Shown: positions 10,880 to 24,655 of the stretch, one piece after another
How the letters are laid out: each line of letters begins with the position of its first letter
How positions within the stretch are numbered: position 1 is the stretch's first letter
NCBI RefSeq assembly: GCF_004010195.1
Contig: NC_057719.1
Span: 94,074,659-94,138,640, forward strand
Source of the DNA: Chiloscyllium plagiosum
Lineage: Eukaryota
DNA length: 63,982 nt
Direction of reading: 5' to 3'
The notes under the pieces: generated by a model
Databases searched by the model: none
What the model was told of the DNA's origin: nothing
Seen by the model: only the letters and a program-made list of their open reading frames with translations
Program-made: the position numbers and the translations under genes

Positions 10880-13730
10880 AGGAAGTAGCTGAGAAAAATG
10901 TCAGGTATTGTAGTGAACCAATGGATTCAGAGTAATGTTGGACCAGCAAAGGAGGACAGAAATACTGAGAAAAACATCATAAAGAGAAAACGCATGCAAA
11001 AAAACAGAAAAATTGCTAACAAAACTTCAATACATGTACAAAAAAATAAAAACAAGGTCAAATGTGGAACAGTGAGTGTGCGGACAGGATAATTTATTAT
11101 AAGGAACAGAGACATTACTTGAACATGATACAGTTTCTTTCTGCCTGTCTTCATGGCAGAATATCCAGAAATCCCAAGTGGCCATGGGGCTTGTGTCAGT
11201 AAAGACTAAGATCGTTCCTATTAGTGATGAGGTAGCATTCGAAAAGACAGTTGTACTGAGTGTTGATAAATCTGACAGATCAGAATTACAACAAAAATTG
11301 CAGTGGATGCAGCAAGTCAATTTGATTGCATTACGGATTTACACGTTATTTTCCAACACATTCCAGAAAGGCAGGTAGCCAATAGGTATAAGGGACGGTT
11401 ATAAATATTATCCGCCAGTATAAAAAAGAATGAAGATGGAGAATGGTGAACTACAGGCCAGGTAACTTGCCATCTGCAGTCGGGTGTCTGTTGGATTTAA
11501 TTACAATGAACATGCTACTGGATATATAGAAGATAATGGCAAAACTTGGGAGTATGATAATGCATCAATGAAAAGAAAACCATAAGTCGCAAACATTTTT
11601 GGGGGGAATGTTTTGAAGATGATGCTTGTAGACATCAGTAATGAGGAACCAATGGCTAACGTATAGTTGGATATTCAGGAGGGTTTTTTTTTTAAGAACC
11701 CACACACTTATATCATAAGAAAAGTTAAAGCAAAAGGTATTGGGAAGAATATATTCAAATGGGAAAGTAAAAATTATTTTTATATTCATGTGAATGTAAT
11801 TGGAATATAGAAAATGTCGTGCACCCGTTGCAGAGCGGGTTGCTGAGACACAACTTACAGTAATGTATACTGTTTCGGAATCCCCATCTAAGAAAGAATA
11901 TACGGAGTACAGAGGAACTGCAAAAGGCATTCTCTAGATTAATCCCTGACATGGCAAGATTGTCTGATTGGGAAACTCAGCCTGTAATCTCGAATTTCAA
12001 ATAATGAGATGTGATTGTAGTGAATCTTAGAAACTTAGAAACATAGGGGACTGAATAACAGAGGGACATGGAGAAGTGAACGCAGGCGCGATAAGGGAGA
12101 ATCCCATGATATTCTACACGGAAAACAAGTAGAACAGAATAATCAGTGAACACTGAAGTGTCCATCAGAGACCAAGGGGGCAATCTGTGTGTGAAGCTGG
12201 AGAACATTGATAGATTGTGACATGAGGCTTCACATCTGTTTTACATGGCAGAAGGAGGATGCAGGGACAGAATTCGAGAAGCTGGATGGGGAAGCTCTTG
12301 AGCAGATTGATGTAAAATGCGAGCAGGAATTTGAGGCTTTGGTTGGTAGAAAATTGGACTGATTGCCTGTCTGAATGAGTTGTATCGCAGGCTGCTGTTG
12401 GAGGCAAGGGAGGAAAGACCCTGACTGACAAGTTTAATTAGAATCCGACCATAGGGGAGGTGCCAAAATTCTGTAGAACAGCTAATGCATTACAGTAAGG
12501 ATGGGAGAGATAGACCAGGGAACTATAGACAAACAAGTATTAAATCACTGTTAGGGAAACTACTGGAGAAAATAGAGAAAGATAAAATTGAAACCCAATC
12601 AGAATGGCAAAGCTTGATCAGGGATAATCATCATGACGTTATCAGAAGGAAGTCGCACCAAACGAATTTGAATTGGTTTGAGGAAGTCGCTTAATTAATT
12701 TTGCAACAAGGCCTTTGACAAATCTCCACATGGGAAAGTGAAAAATCAAGTAAAATCTCATGGATAACTTGACAAGTTGCAACGAAAATTGTCTTAGTGG
12801 CAGAAGACAGAGGGTGGTGGGAGAAGGCTGTTTGTGTGGCTGGAGACCAGTGTCCGTTATTGTTTGTGGTATTCAAAAGTGGTGAGATGTGAATGGAGGG
12901 GGGTTGGGTGAAGGGAGTAGGGATTGTGATAAGTAAGTTTGTGTTTGCCCGGTTGGTTGGTAGTGAGGAGGAAGGTCTTCTGTTACAGAAAGCTACACAT
13001 GGATTGGTCAGATGGGCAGATCAATGACAGATGGAATGTAAACCTGAAAAATATGATGTGATGTAGTTTGGAAAAAGGAACCAGACAGGGGAGGATTCAA
13101 TGAATGACAACATACTATGAAGATCAGCGGGTGCTTCTCCACATATCCCTGAATGTGACTGGACAGAGCAATACGTTAGTTAAGAAGTGGACCTTGCGTG
13201 TAGCAATTATTAATCAGGGCGGAGAGAATAAGAGCTGTACACAGATTCGGTTAGGCCAAGATGGAGAACTGTGTGCAATTATGGGAACCACATTCCAGCA
13301 AGGACGTGATGGTACTGGAGGGTGTGCTGAGGAGATTCACCAGGATGTTCTCTGGGATGGAGCACATCAGTTATGGAGAGAGGCTGGATAACCTCGGGTT
13401 GTTTAGTTTGGAGCAGAGAAGGCTGAGGGGGACGTGATTCAGAAGGATACGATTACTAGGGGCAGAGAGTCAAGAACAAGGTAGCACACTTTTAAAGTGA
13501 TGGGTTTGAGATTTAGTGAGGATTAAAAGATAGTTTGTTTTAACCCAGTGGGTGTTGGGGTCAAGAATTTAATTCATGAGAGGAGAGTTATTCCGGGAAT
13601 CATCACAACCATTAACAAGTGCTTGGACGAGTACTTGGAAGTGTCATAGCATTCCCAGCTATGGGTCTGGTGTAGGAAAGTGAGACTACTGTAGATCGTG
13701 CTGTATTTCTGACAGTACCGAACATATATA
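10880..13730 (+). mobile_element. Highly degraded CR1-clade LINE fragments (two or more copies)
   Basis: KDGRDRPGNYRQTSIKSLLGKLLEKI..LIRDNHH (12485-12694) and downstream RT and 3' relics; paralogous to 57600-60450. Confidence 0.75.
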
Positions 13731-14316
13731 ACTGTAAGTGTATGGCTGTACAAGGTCAATCATTGAGCAGTCTAAGGCAGGCATTGATGGGTTTCTGAAG
13801 AATATATTCACAAGGGTTATAAGAGTAAACTGTAATAGCTTGTCAAATTATGTCAATGTGAGAAGTATGAGAAAACAAGTGCAACTTCCTTACAATCTGA
13901 AACCAGAGAACGGAGAATGGGGAACAGGGAATTGGCAGAACTATGCAGCCATTACCTCATTTCTGTCTTCACAGAACTTTCTACCAATACTAGGAAAACC
14001 AAGTCTGGTGTGGAATACGATCTAGTACTTAGAACATAGAACGTAGTAAGTAAATGTTGCAGGAGAAATTCTTGAAACTGTAAGTAATGGTCATAGGCAA
14101 CACTAACAGACGTTTATGAAATGGGAATTATGTTTGAGAAACAGACTGGGAGACAAATGAAAGAGAAGCATTGAATGTAAAACTTTTGGATTTTCAGAAA
14201 AAGTTTGGTAAAGCTCACAAACCTAGTTTGCAAAATCAACTCTTAGTGGATGGGGGAGAATATATGGCCATGTTTCTAGAATGGGACAGCTGGCAGGAAA
14301 CAGTGAATAAAAATAA

Positions 14317-16500
14317 ACAGACTCGTCAAGCAACAGCCTGTTGTCTGAAAGGCTTGATTCTGTGAGTATGAATATGTCACAAACACCCCATCACCTTCCC
14401 CGAATGTCTCCTGTCTCACCAGCAGGACAGACACACAGACATGGCGGCACAGTGGGATACAGTTGGAAGGGAATTGCTCTGGGAGTCCACAACAGTGACT
14501 CTATGAAGTCTCATGGCATTAGATTACACATGGGAAAGGAAACCTGTTACTGATTACCATGTACTAGTCTCTCTCAAATGATGAATCAGTACTTCTCCGT
14601 GCTGAACACCACCTGGAGGAAGCACTGAGAGTGGCACGGGCGCAAAATGTACTCTGGGTGGGGGATTTCAATGTACACCATCAAGAGTGGCTCTGCAGCA
14701 GCTTACTGAATTAGCTGGTCAGGTTCTAATGCATATAATTGTTAGGTTGGGTCTACGGCAGGTGATGAAGGAACCAACAAGAGAAAAATACATACTTGAC
14801 CACATCCTTACTAACCTGCCAGCTGCAAACGTATCTGCCCATGACTGTATCGGTAAGAGTGAACACTGCATAGTCATTGTAGAGACAAAGTCACACCTTC
14901 ACATTGAGAATAGCCTCCATCATTTTGAGTGGCACTGTCACCGTGATAAATAAGACCAACTTCAAACACATCTAGCAGCTCAGGTCTGGGTTTCCATAAG
15001 GTGATGTGGGTCAGCAATAGCAGCAGAATTGTACTCCAGCGCAACCTCATGGCCTGGCAGATCCCACTCACAACAATTACAATCAAGCCAGAGAATCAAC
15101 CTTGGTTCAATGGAGTGTGCAGGAGGGCAGGAGCAGCACCGGGCAAACCTGAAAATGAAGTGTCAGCCTGGTGACACCACCAACCAGGACAACGTGTGTG
15201 CGAAACAGCATAAGTAATAAATGATAGACAGAGCTAAGTGATCCCACAAGCAACGGTTCAGATCTAAGCTCTGCAGTCCTTCCACGTCTCGTCGAGAATA
15301 GTTATGGACAATTAAACAAGTTATTGGAGGAGGAGATTCCACAAATATACCCATCCTTAATGATGGTAGAGCCCAGCATTCTGTGTATAAGATAAGGCTG
15401 ATGCATTCGCAACAATCTTCAGTCAGAAATGCTGCGTGCATGATCCATCTCGGCCTCCTTCAGTTGGTCCTCAACAATTCAGTTACCAGTCTTCAGCCAA
15501 TTCGTTTCAGTCCACGCAATATCCAGAAACGGAGACATTGGATACTCCAAAGGGGACACATGCTGACAATATTCTGGCTATAGTACTGACAACTTCTTCT
15601 CCAGACCTTGTCACTGCCCTTACTAAACTGTTCCAGTATCATTACAACAACATTTCCCCGATTATGTTGAAAATTACCCAAGTATCTATTGTACGGATAA
15701 ACAGAACAAATCCAATCCGGCCAATTACCAACCCATCAGTAAAGTGATTGAAGATGTCAGCGTTTTCAAGTAGCACCTGCTCAGCAATACCCTGGTCTAT
15801 GACGCTCAGTTTGGGCTTCACCAGGGCCACTCAGCTCCTGCCCTCATTACTTGGTTGAAACATGTACAAAAGAGCTGAATTCCAGAGGTGGGATGAGAGT
15901 AACAGCCCTTTAAAACAAGGCTACCTTCGACTAAGTGTGGCATCAAAGGCCTGAGCAAAAATGTAATCAATGTGTATCAGGGACAAACTCCCCTGCTGGT
16001 TAGAATCATACCTGACACGTAGGAAGATGGTCATGGCTGATAAAGTTAAGTGAACACAGCTCCACGACATGTCTGTGGGAGTCCTTCGGGCAGGGGTCTA
16101 GGCCCAAACATCTTCAGGGCTGCTTCATCAATGACCTTGCCTCTATTACAAAGTCAGAAGTGGGGATGTTCGCCAATGATTGCAACATGTTCAGCAATAT
16201 TTGTAGCTCCTCAGATACGGAAGCAGGCCATGTACAAATGTTACAAGATCTGGACAGTATCCAGGCTGACAAATGGCAAGTAATATTTACGCCACACAAC
16301 TGACAGACCCTGATCATCACCACTAAACCACAATCTAAACACTGCCCTTTGGCATTCAAAGGTGGTACCATCACTGAATCCACAGTGGACTGCAGCGGTT
16401 CAACAAGGCAGCTCACCACGACTTTCTCAAGGACACCTAGCGAAGGCAATAAATGCTGGCCCAGCCAGTCACACCCAGATTCACGAAATAAATGAATTGA
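14317..16500 (+). mobile_element. LINE (CR1/L2 group) ORF2 relic with APE endonuclease and RT
   Basis: LWVGDFNVHHQEW, LGLRQVMKEPTREKYILDHILTNLP..IGKSEHCIV (APE motifs), followed by decayed RT motifs (~15700-16300). Confidence 0.8.
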
Positions 16501-17789
16501 AAAACAACATTCTTTTAACCGAGGAAGGTTGCTCAAGTATCACAGGGATCGGTGCTCGGGTCCCAGCTGGTCACAATACCAATTAAACATTCAGTTGCGG
16601 GAAACAAATATAATATATCCCAACATTGACAGAACTAAAGGATGTTGGAATGTGAGTGGGTGAGGAGGTTGTAAAAAAAACGTCAAGGTGACTAAGACTA
16701 GTGGAGTGAATGGGCAAATACATAGCAGATGGACAGCAAGGTGGGTAGAGGTGACAGTGTGCCCTTTGGCGGGAACAAGAGATTGGCAGCCTATCGTTTG
16801 AAATGGGATTGTTTGAAACATGTTGATCTACTAAGGGACACATGCTTCTGTTTGTTGTTTCCTTCTGCGCAGCCCTCCGACGTCCCTGCAGAGCAGTGAG
16901 GTTTGAACCCCGAACTAAATGGGGGGAATGGCATTAGTACGCTGCCCAGTGTACATAGACCACCAAGTGGGGAGCTGTAACCTTGCAAAGGATCTGGAAC
17001 TCCCTGTAGACCAGTCACTGAAAGCAATATTGCGGGAACAGAAAACAATTAGGAAGGTACATTGTATACTGACCTTCATTTCAGGGTGATTTGAATCCAG
17101 GAGTAAGAGTGTCTTACTGCAGCTCTACAGGGCGTTGGTGAGAACCCATCTCGAACATTGTGCAATATTGTACGCAGTTTTGGTCTCCGTACCTAATAAA
17201 GGGCAAACCTGACATTGAAGGACAGCAGTGAAGGATTACCAGACTGATCTCAGGGATTAAAAGCAAATGACTGCGGATGCTGGAACCTGAAACCAGAAAA
17301 GAGAAAATGCTGGAAAATCTCAGAAAGTCTGACAGCATCTGTTAGGTGAGAAAAGAGCTGACGTTTCACGTCTTATATGACCCTTTGTGGACGCAGGGAT
17401 AATACTTCCCGTGGATGTGGTGTCTAAAACAAGGGGCCACAGTATTAGGTCCAGATAGGCCATTCTGCATGACATGGGAATAAATGTCTGCACTCAGAGA
17501 CTGGTGAACCTGGCGAATGCGCTCGAACCTGGAAGCCAAGACACTGAATATAAATAGGGATTTAGAGATTTAGCTGAGGGGAGAGCAGGAGTACGATGTG
17601 GAAATAAAGTGCCAGCCGTCATTATATTAAATTGTGTAGCAAACTCGACAGACCAAAGGGACTCCTGTACTTCCTATTTTATAGCTTCCCAAGGTTAATC
17701 ATATTAACGGATATATACATTGTGTGGGATAAGCGCATTGTGGAGATGTTTGAACATGAACGACAATGAGGAAGGCTCACTGTGTTATA

Positions 17790-18270
17790 TGGTCTACTCC
17801 TTTCCCGATGTTTCTGTGCAGTCTGTGGGAAAGCTCTGTAAATGCTGTCACAAGCTCTCAGATGTTAGGAAAGAGGTCTCTGCAGTGTCAACAGGACTGT
17901 GTTTCCTGTTCCCTTTTCCGATACCAGCTGGGCTGGGAGTTCTGTCCAGGTTTATCCCTTAAGAACTTAAAGCAGTTTAAGACAATAGAGTGTCTTGCTT
18001 GGCCGATTCAGAGACCATTGAAGAGTTTATCACATGTCTGTGTGTCTGAAGTCACGTTTAGGCCAGACCAGGAATGCACGGGAGACTCGTTTCCTGAAAG
18101 TACGTTGGGGAAGAGAATTAGTGTTTACAATCGACATTGGCTTCAAGGTCACTGTTACTGAAGCTAGATTTTGCATGTTAATATTTTACCAATTGTTTTT
18201 AATTTCCACCAGCTGCCAGAGAATTATCCTGGTCTGGATTTGTGATCCATTGATATTTCCACAACAGCAC
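17790..18270 (-). mobile_element. 5' end of the same LINE family (SINE-like head plus start of APE); paralog at ~62260-62730
   Basis: Minus frame NI*ELVTAFTELSHRL is APE N-terminal-like. The upstream part shares the gtgact(c/t)cagac block with the SINE at 52105-52345. Confidence 0.55.
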
Positions 18271-20329
18271 CATTTCCAAATGGGGAACTATCGGAAACCA
18301 CACTGAGCAGGATATTTCTGTGCTGCTTGACAGCTCTGTCAAAAATAACTCCCACCAATGTGACTATCGTGATTGGACTGAGGGTGTGGTAATTGGTCAG
18401 ATTGTAATTATACTCCTCTTATGGGACCGGACATAGCTGAGCAATTTTCCACATTGCCAGATGGGTGTCAGAGTTGGAGCTGGAATGAAACAACGGCTTG
18501 TTGTGCAGCATAAGTCTTCAGTCCTATTGCAGGAATGGAGTCAGGGCCCAATGCCTTTGTCGTATCTGCTGTGTTCAGCTGTTTCTTCATGTCACGTGCA
18601 GTGAATCCAATTGGTTGAAGACTGGCATCTGCAAATCTGTGGGCATCATGGCGAGAGTGAGGTGGATCATCAACTCAACACTTCGGGCTGAGATGTTTTA
18701 CACTGGTGTTCAGGACAGTTCTGTTATGCAGAATGGATTATTTATGGAATCCTCTCCTCCAGTCATTTGTTTAATCATCCATCACCATTTATGACTGCAT
18801 GTGGCAGGACTGCGGAGCGTCGATCAGATCTGTTGGTCAAGTGCGGTAAAATTAATGTGTTTGCATCACGTTTAGGTTCACATGGTTCTGACCCTGACAT
18901 GTTCACCCACAGTCGTTACTGAAACATGTGTCGTGTTAATGGTAATGGAAGACTGAGGAGATTATCCCTTGACAAACATGTTGCAGGGTGGTTGAATGGT
19001 GTTCTGCTTCTCCTGCTGCTGTGGTCAACAGCACTACATGAATACGCAGTTTTGAGCTGCAATATCTGCAATGCAATTCTGCTGTCTGTTCCCTAGTTCA
19101 CATCGAGACCCATTCACCCACCAGCTCTGTACTCAGTGACCTACTCTAGTCTCTGATGTGGAAATACTTCCATTTTCCTACTCTCATTCTGCTGAGGGTT
19201 TCTCCCCGGGCTATGCTTCCAATCTGACACATTCTGAAAATACAATTAACTAGTTTTAATTCAATTGTTTAATTAATCTGAATCTTTTTTCCTTGAGAAA
19301 TACCATCTTCTGTGTTTTAAAATGAAAGTCTTTCCCTCTGTTTCTCTCCCTGACCATGATTAAGAAATCTGTAGTGTCAGTGATGCCAGCCTTATGTAGT
19401 TTCAGAACCAATGAATTCTCAATCATCTTTACCACATTGTATCCTTCCTCTTTTGATTTGATACCTTATCAATCATGACTGTCTTGTCCTCCCATGAGTA
19501 TGTTTCATCTCCTTTGGGGTATCCTCCGAATTATCCCCAGAAACTCCTGCCATTGCTGCTCCATGGTCTTTCCTGCTCGGCTTCCCTACCAATTAACTCT
19601 GGCCAGCTCCTCCCACATGTCTTTGTGGTTACATTTCTCAATTATAATCACATTACATCAAGAAGAGAGCAATAGATATAAACCAAAGGAAGGAGTTTTG
19701 AGAGAAGGGATGTGAAGAATAATTGGTACATTTCTTAACTAGATACAAAGAGAGAACGAGAGAGAGGATATAGATGAGCAAATGTGAAAAAAGAGAAAAC
19801 TTGATTATTGAAAGGTTTAGATGTACATCCATCAATGTTTTTGCAATACCTGTGTGCTGTGACCCTTTGTGTAGTGCGTGTACAACAGAGCAATGTGTTC
19901 AAATGCTTGGTCTGATGGCAGAATTTTTATCTCTAAATATCTGACAGACACTAGCTTTGGAAAGAACCCAGCAGACCAATATATTGAATTCCCGGTAGAA
20001 AGGGGATTAACTGAAATAAATTGGGATAACAGAAGCAAGAATTTATAGCACACATCCTGATAAGAATGAGAGATTAAAGTAGAAAATTCCAGAAAAGGAG
20101 GGAACATTGAGAGAAGGGGAACATATCACTTTAGATGAGCATCAAATAATGTTTTAATGTTTTATAAATTTTATACATCAAATGCATCACTTTTCGTTAA
20201 CTGTGTCTCCGTTGTTCATTTAGAAAGTGTTGTGCACATATGAAAAATGTTATTTATCTGCACACACACACATTAATTAAACAGTGTATATAAAATCATT
20301 TTTCCGCCATTAAAATGGTCTTGTTGTCG

Positions 20330-20715
20330 TGTTACCAGGATACATGAACACCAGCTGGCCACCAAAGACACGACCCACTATCACTATGTTCCATACATAC
20401 AGACAAAGAAGGCCACCATTTTGATTGGGACAGCACACACATCCTAAGACACGCAAGGACGTTCTTGGAGGAATGGCATTCTGACCAGAAGTCCATCAAT
20501 AAACACAGCAATTTAGATCCTATCTACATTCTCTTGTAAAACAAATGAACCGGAAATGACATCACCCCTCTTAAGAAACCAAGACCTATAAACAGAGAGG
20601 CGCGATATACTACCAGCGCTTCAGCAGAGACTCTCACAATGATGTTACCTAGTCATAGTGTCGAAATATCTGAAAACACACCTTCACGCACAGCGAGCTA
20701 TCTTGCATATATACA
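20330..20715 (+). mobile_element. Penelope-like element, 3' fragment
   Basis: IHEHQLATKRHDPLSLCSIHTDKEGHHFDWDSTHIL...EEWHSDQKSINKH is the C-terminal part of a PLE GIY-YIG domain. Confidence 0.8.
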
Positions 20716-22433
20716 AGCTGTTATTTCTATTTTTTTCGTGGAATTTGGGAGCTCATTGCCACTCATGTTTTAACATATTACGATGTGAGGTGAGCTTTTC
20801 TGGGTTTGTGGTTTTAATTAACAGAAGGGGTCGATATTGATGTCTTAATAGTTTGGGGCCTTGCCGTATTGGATTTGGGCAGATTTAAACAGATTTCGGG
20901 CACAAAATGTCCTCGAAAATTCCAACGTGTTGCAATTAGTGATCTAGATCTTCAATTAAAACCGGTGGGAAAATTCGTTTAATTTTGTTTAATTGTGGTT
21001 GGTTAAATTAAAACTGAACGAAATGGCTTTTAAAATTACTAAAGAGGTTCCCAAATTTGCCAAGAAAGTTTACAAAGACAGGAGCAGAAATAGTTTAGAA
21101 TTGGCAAAGAGTTTGGATTTGGGTTTAACCAGGGACAAAAGGAAAGCTGAAATTAAAATGGAGTTGGTCAAGCACTTTGATGTATCAAAGAAACAGACAA
21201 GTGCAGTAGAGTTATAAAAAGTTAAATTGCAAATATGGCAACTGAAGTTAGAAGATAAAGAAAGAGATGGAAACAGAGAGAGAGAAGACAGAGAAAGACA
21301 GGAAAAAGAGAGATAGAATGTGAAATCCAGAAGTTGGGAATTAGACAAGAAGGTTTAAATTAACAGGATGCAGATGAAGGGAGAACGTAGGGATATATAT
21401 ATCCATGTTAATAACTTGCCATATTTCAGTGAGAAAAATGTCAAAACCTTTTTTTATTTAATTTGAAAAAATGGCTCGGCAGATGACGTGTCCAGTGAAC
21501 TTGCGGGTAATGCTAGTTCAGAATAAGATGGTGGGCACAGTTGGTGAGGTATGTGCAGAGCTGTCAGATGAGGGGTCAAGAGATTATGCAGATGTAAAAT
21601 TGGCTATTTTGATTGGTTATGAATTGGCACTGGAAGCATATAGACAGAGGTTCATAAAAATAGAGACGGAACCAGGTCAGACTTATGTTGAGTTTGATAG
21701 AATTAAGCACAGTTATTTTGATAGATGGGTGCAGGACGTGAAAGTGGATATGATCTGTGAGGCTCGAGGGGGGATTATTCTGCTGGAGAAGTTTAAACAC
21801 TCACTTCCAGAGAGGGTAAGAATTCATGTGAATGAACAGAAAGTTCAAGAACCAAGAAATGCGGCAGAAATGGCAGGTAAATATACATTGGTGCATGTGA
21901 TGAAATTTGGCTTCTGGGAAGATTTTCATCCTGTGAGGGATAGAAATTGGGAGAAGGGAAGATCACACACTACAAAGCCAACAGTAGAGCACAATAGTTT
22001 ACCACAGGTGAATAAAGAAGCCCAAAGAGGTTGAAAGGAGGTGAAAGGCCTCATGTGGTCTCACTATAAGGGTGTGGAACACATAGAATTACAGTGTCGA
22101 TGGTTTAAGAACGGCACAAGGAAAAGGTATTTTCACTGCAGTAAGCTGGGACACACAGTACTGGGCATTGAAGGGAGACACTTTGGGGAAAGATGTGGTA
22201 GAAGAGGCTAAGCCAGTGGCGTTAGTAAAACTGATAAAGGAGACCCCATTTGGAGCCGAGGAGCTGCAGGAGAGTGCACAGCCTCGGCAGGGGCTGGGTA
22301 TGGAGGCAGTGCCTGATCTCTGAATGAATTCGCCTGTGTCGATCAAGTTTACTCAGAAAGAATAGGGGCAGAAGGCCAAGAACTTATAACTTTGTGAGAT
22401 ACGGGATCTGCTCAGTCTCTCATAGTTGAGAAG

Positions 22434-23225
22434 TGATTAACATGTCAGAAAGAGTGAAAATACTTTCATCTCTGACTATTAGAGACCGAGAGAAAGTGAG
22501 GGCTGCAGTTGCTGGAGATGAGAGGTGAAAAGTGTGGGGCCGGAAACGCACAAAAAGATCAGGCAGCATCCGAACAGCAGAACAATCGAACATCAGGCAC
22601 AAACCGATAGTCTGGAATGTGATGAGGGGACAATGTGGCTGAAAGATCAACACTGGGCTGGGCTGGTGGCAGGGTGACTAGGAAGGCGATAGGAAGATGT
22701 AGGTGGGATTAAAAGTGATATGTCGGAGGGGAGGGTGGTGTGAATAGTTGGAAAGGAAGATAGACAATTAGGACAATTCAAGGGGGCAGTGTTAGGTTGA
22801 ACGGTGGGATCTGGGAGAGGTTGGGAGATGGGAGATTTGGAATTTGGTGAAGTTAACGTTGATGCTGTACAGTTTGAGGGTTCCAGCTTTCCCATCACCA
22901 TCCACTTCGCACTCCTCTCTGACTGATCACCATCACACCGCACCTGCATCTACCTATCGCCTTCCAAGCTACCTTCCGCTCTGCCCCACCCCATCCTCCT
23001 ATTTATTTCTCAACCCCCCTTCCCCCTCCCTTACCCCCAAATTTCCTGATGAAGGATTTATGCCTGAAACGTCAACTCTCCTGCCCCTCGGATTCCACCA
23101 ACCTGCTGTGCTTTTCCAGCCCTATATTATTCTCCTCTCATCTCCAGCATCTGCTGTCCTCACTTTCTCTCGGCCGCTAATAGTAAGAGATAAAAGTATT
23201 TTCACTCTTTCTGGCATGTTAATCA
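22434..23225. mobile_element. Penelope-like insertion with inverted terminal repeats, nested in the Gypsy protease region
   Basis: 22434-~22610 is the reverse complement of ~23050-23225; same terminal-repeat family as 7570 and 10210. Confidence 0.75.
23043..23075 (+). ncRNA. Minimal hammerhead ribozyme-like motif (decayed stem II)
   Basis: CTGATGA-aggatttatgcct-GAAA-C-GTC. Confidence 0.45.
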
Positions 23226-24655
23226 AGAGCGTGATAATCTGTGAAATGGGGACAGAAATTAAGCATTCCCTTGTGTAACATCAGGATTGAATGCCAAATC
23301 AAGATTGGGGAAGTAACAGTGACAGTGAGTAAAAGAGTGTCAGTTCTAGGAATACAGTTTGTTCTTGGGAACGATTTAGCAGGAGGCGAGGTGGGAGAGG
23401 CACCCCTTGTGGTGGAGAAGTCAACGGAAGACTAGGGAATTAGGGTGTTAAAAGAAAAATACCCAGGAATTTTTCCAGACTGTATAGTAACAAGATCCCA
23501 CTGTCATATGTTACAACAGGAAGTAAAAACGAATTAAGAAGACAAATGAGTTGATGCTTAGTGAACTGACACCCTGTTTGATGTAACGGTGCAGAAAAAA
23601 ACTGAACTAGCAGTGGATCAGGCAGAGGTGTGTAGTCCAAAAAGGCTAATGGACTTACAACAGTTACATACACATACATACACACATACACATGCACACA
23701 CAGAGAAAAGGAATAAGAATATATTTTCGAATGTTATTAACTTAAAGATAGAATCCTTAAAATTAAATGGAGACCCCCGATAGGTTACTGCAGAAGGAAA
23801 ATGGGCCGAAGTGCACATGATTGTGTTAGCGGTAGCATACAATGTTATGGGTAGCACATAAAAATATGGCAGGCGGTCCGCTAGGTGTACAGAAGACTCA
23901 GGCTGAGGTACAGAAGCATTTATAGTGGCCTGGAATGCACAAGGACGTAGTTTTTTTTTGTACATGACACACATACCAAATGGTAGGTAAGTAACAGGCA
24001 GTAATAAAACCAGCACCTTTCTTGACAATTCTTGCATTCGAAGAACATTTCACCTGGGTTATGATGGATTGTGAAGCTCCCCTTTCTAAAATAGAAGTGG
24101 AAAACAATATTTGCTGACCATAATGAATGTGTCTACCATATTTCCAGAGGCAATTCCATGATGGTGTATAAAGATAAACTGGGAGGTGGAGGGGTTGGTA
24201 GCTTTCATTACTCGCTGTGGACTATGCAGTAAGATTCAGTCAGAGCAAGGGTCTCATTTTACCGCTCAGCTATTTAAGGAAGTCATGGATAGCTTCTGCA
24301 TGCAGCAGTTTCAATCAAGTGCGTCAGATCCTGAATCCCAGGGAGCCTTGGAAAGTTGGCATCAGACGCTGATGACCATGGTAACAGCGTACTGTTATGA
24401 TTACCTGAATGAGTAGAATAAAAGTGTCCCAGTATATTGTTTGCCATTACAGATGGCCCAAATAAATCTACTCAGTTTACTTCCTTTGAGTTAATATTCG
24501 TACATGAAGTGAGAGATCCTTTGAAATCAATTAAATATAAATTGACAGGACCGAAGTCGGAAACCTCACACTTAGATTATGTGCGTGAGGTGAAGGAGAG
24601 AGTAGATGGAGTAGGTGAGTTAGCTAAACAGTATCTGAAGAGCACAACATAGAGT

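Larger units (their letters stand above)
930..19357 (-). pseudogene. Putative decayed multi-exon gene of unknown family, copy A. Candidate exons are 19357-19304, 9388-9299 and a long terminal segment 6340-~930 split by an LTR element.
   Basis: An ATG in good Kozak context is followed by 18 codons and GT. A 90-bp stop-free AG/GT-bounded segment follows, then the acceptor tttcatttacag at 6341. All junctions are phase 0. The first two segments have identical lengths and splice dinucleotides in copy B. The terminal segment has many stops. Confidence 0.4.

Noticed and set aside
17781..17885. Strongly conserved block in both duplicates with an apparent minus-strand donor (aca|gtgagc), considered as an exon of the unknown gene
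   Set aside because: It reads as the start of a LINE endonuclease (NI*ELV..ELSHRL), there is a shared stop in the candidate frame, and the donor is absent in copy B.
21471..22034. 187-aa SCAN-like ORF as a possible domesticated gene
   Set aside because: It sits in register within a decayed Gypsy element, with stops and frameshifts on both sides.
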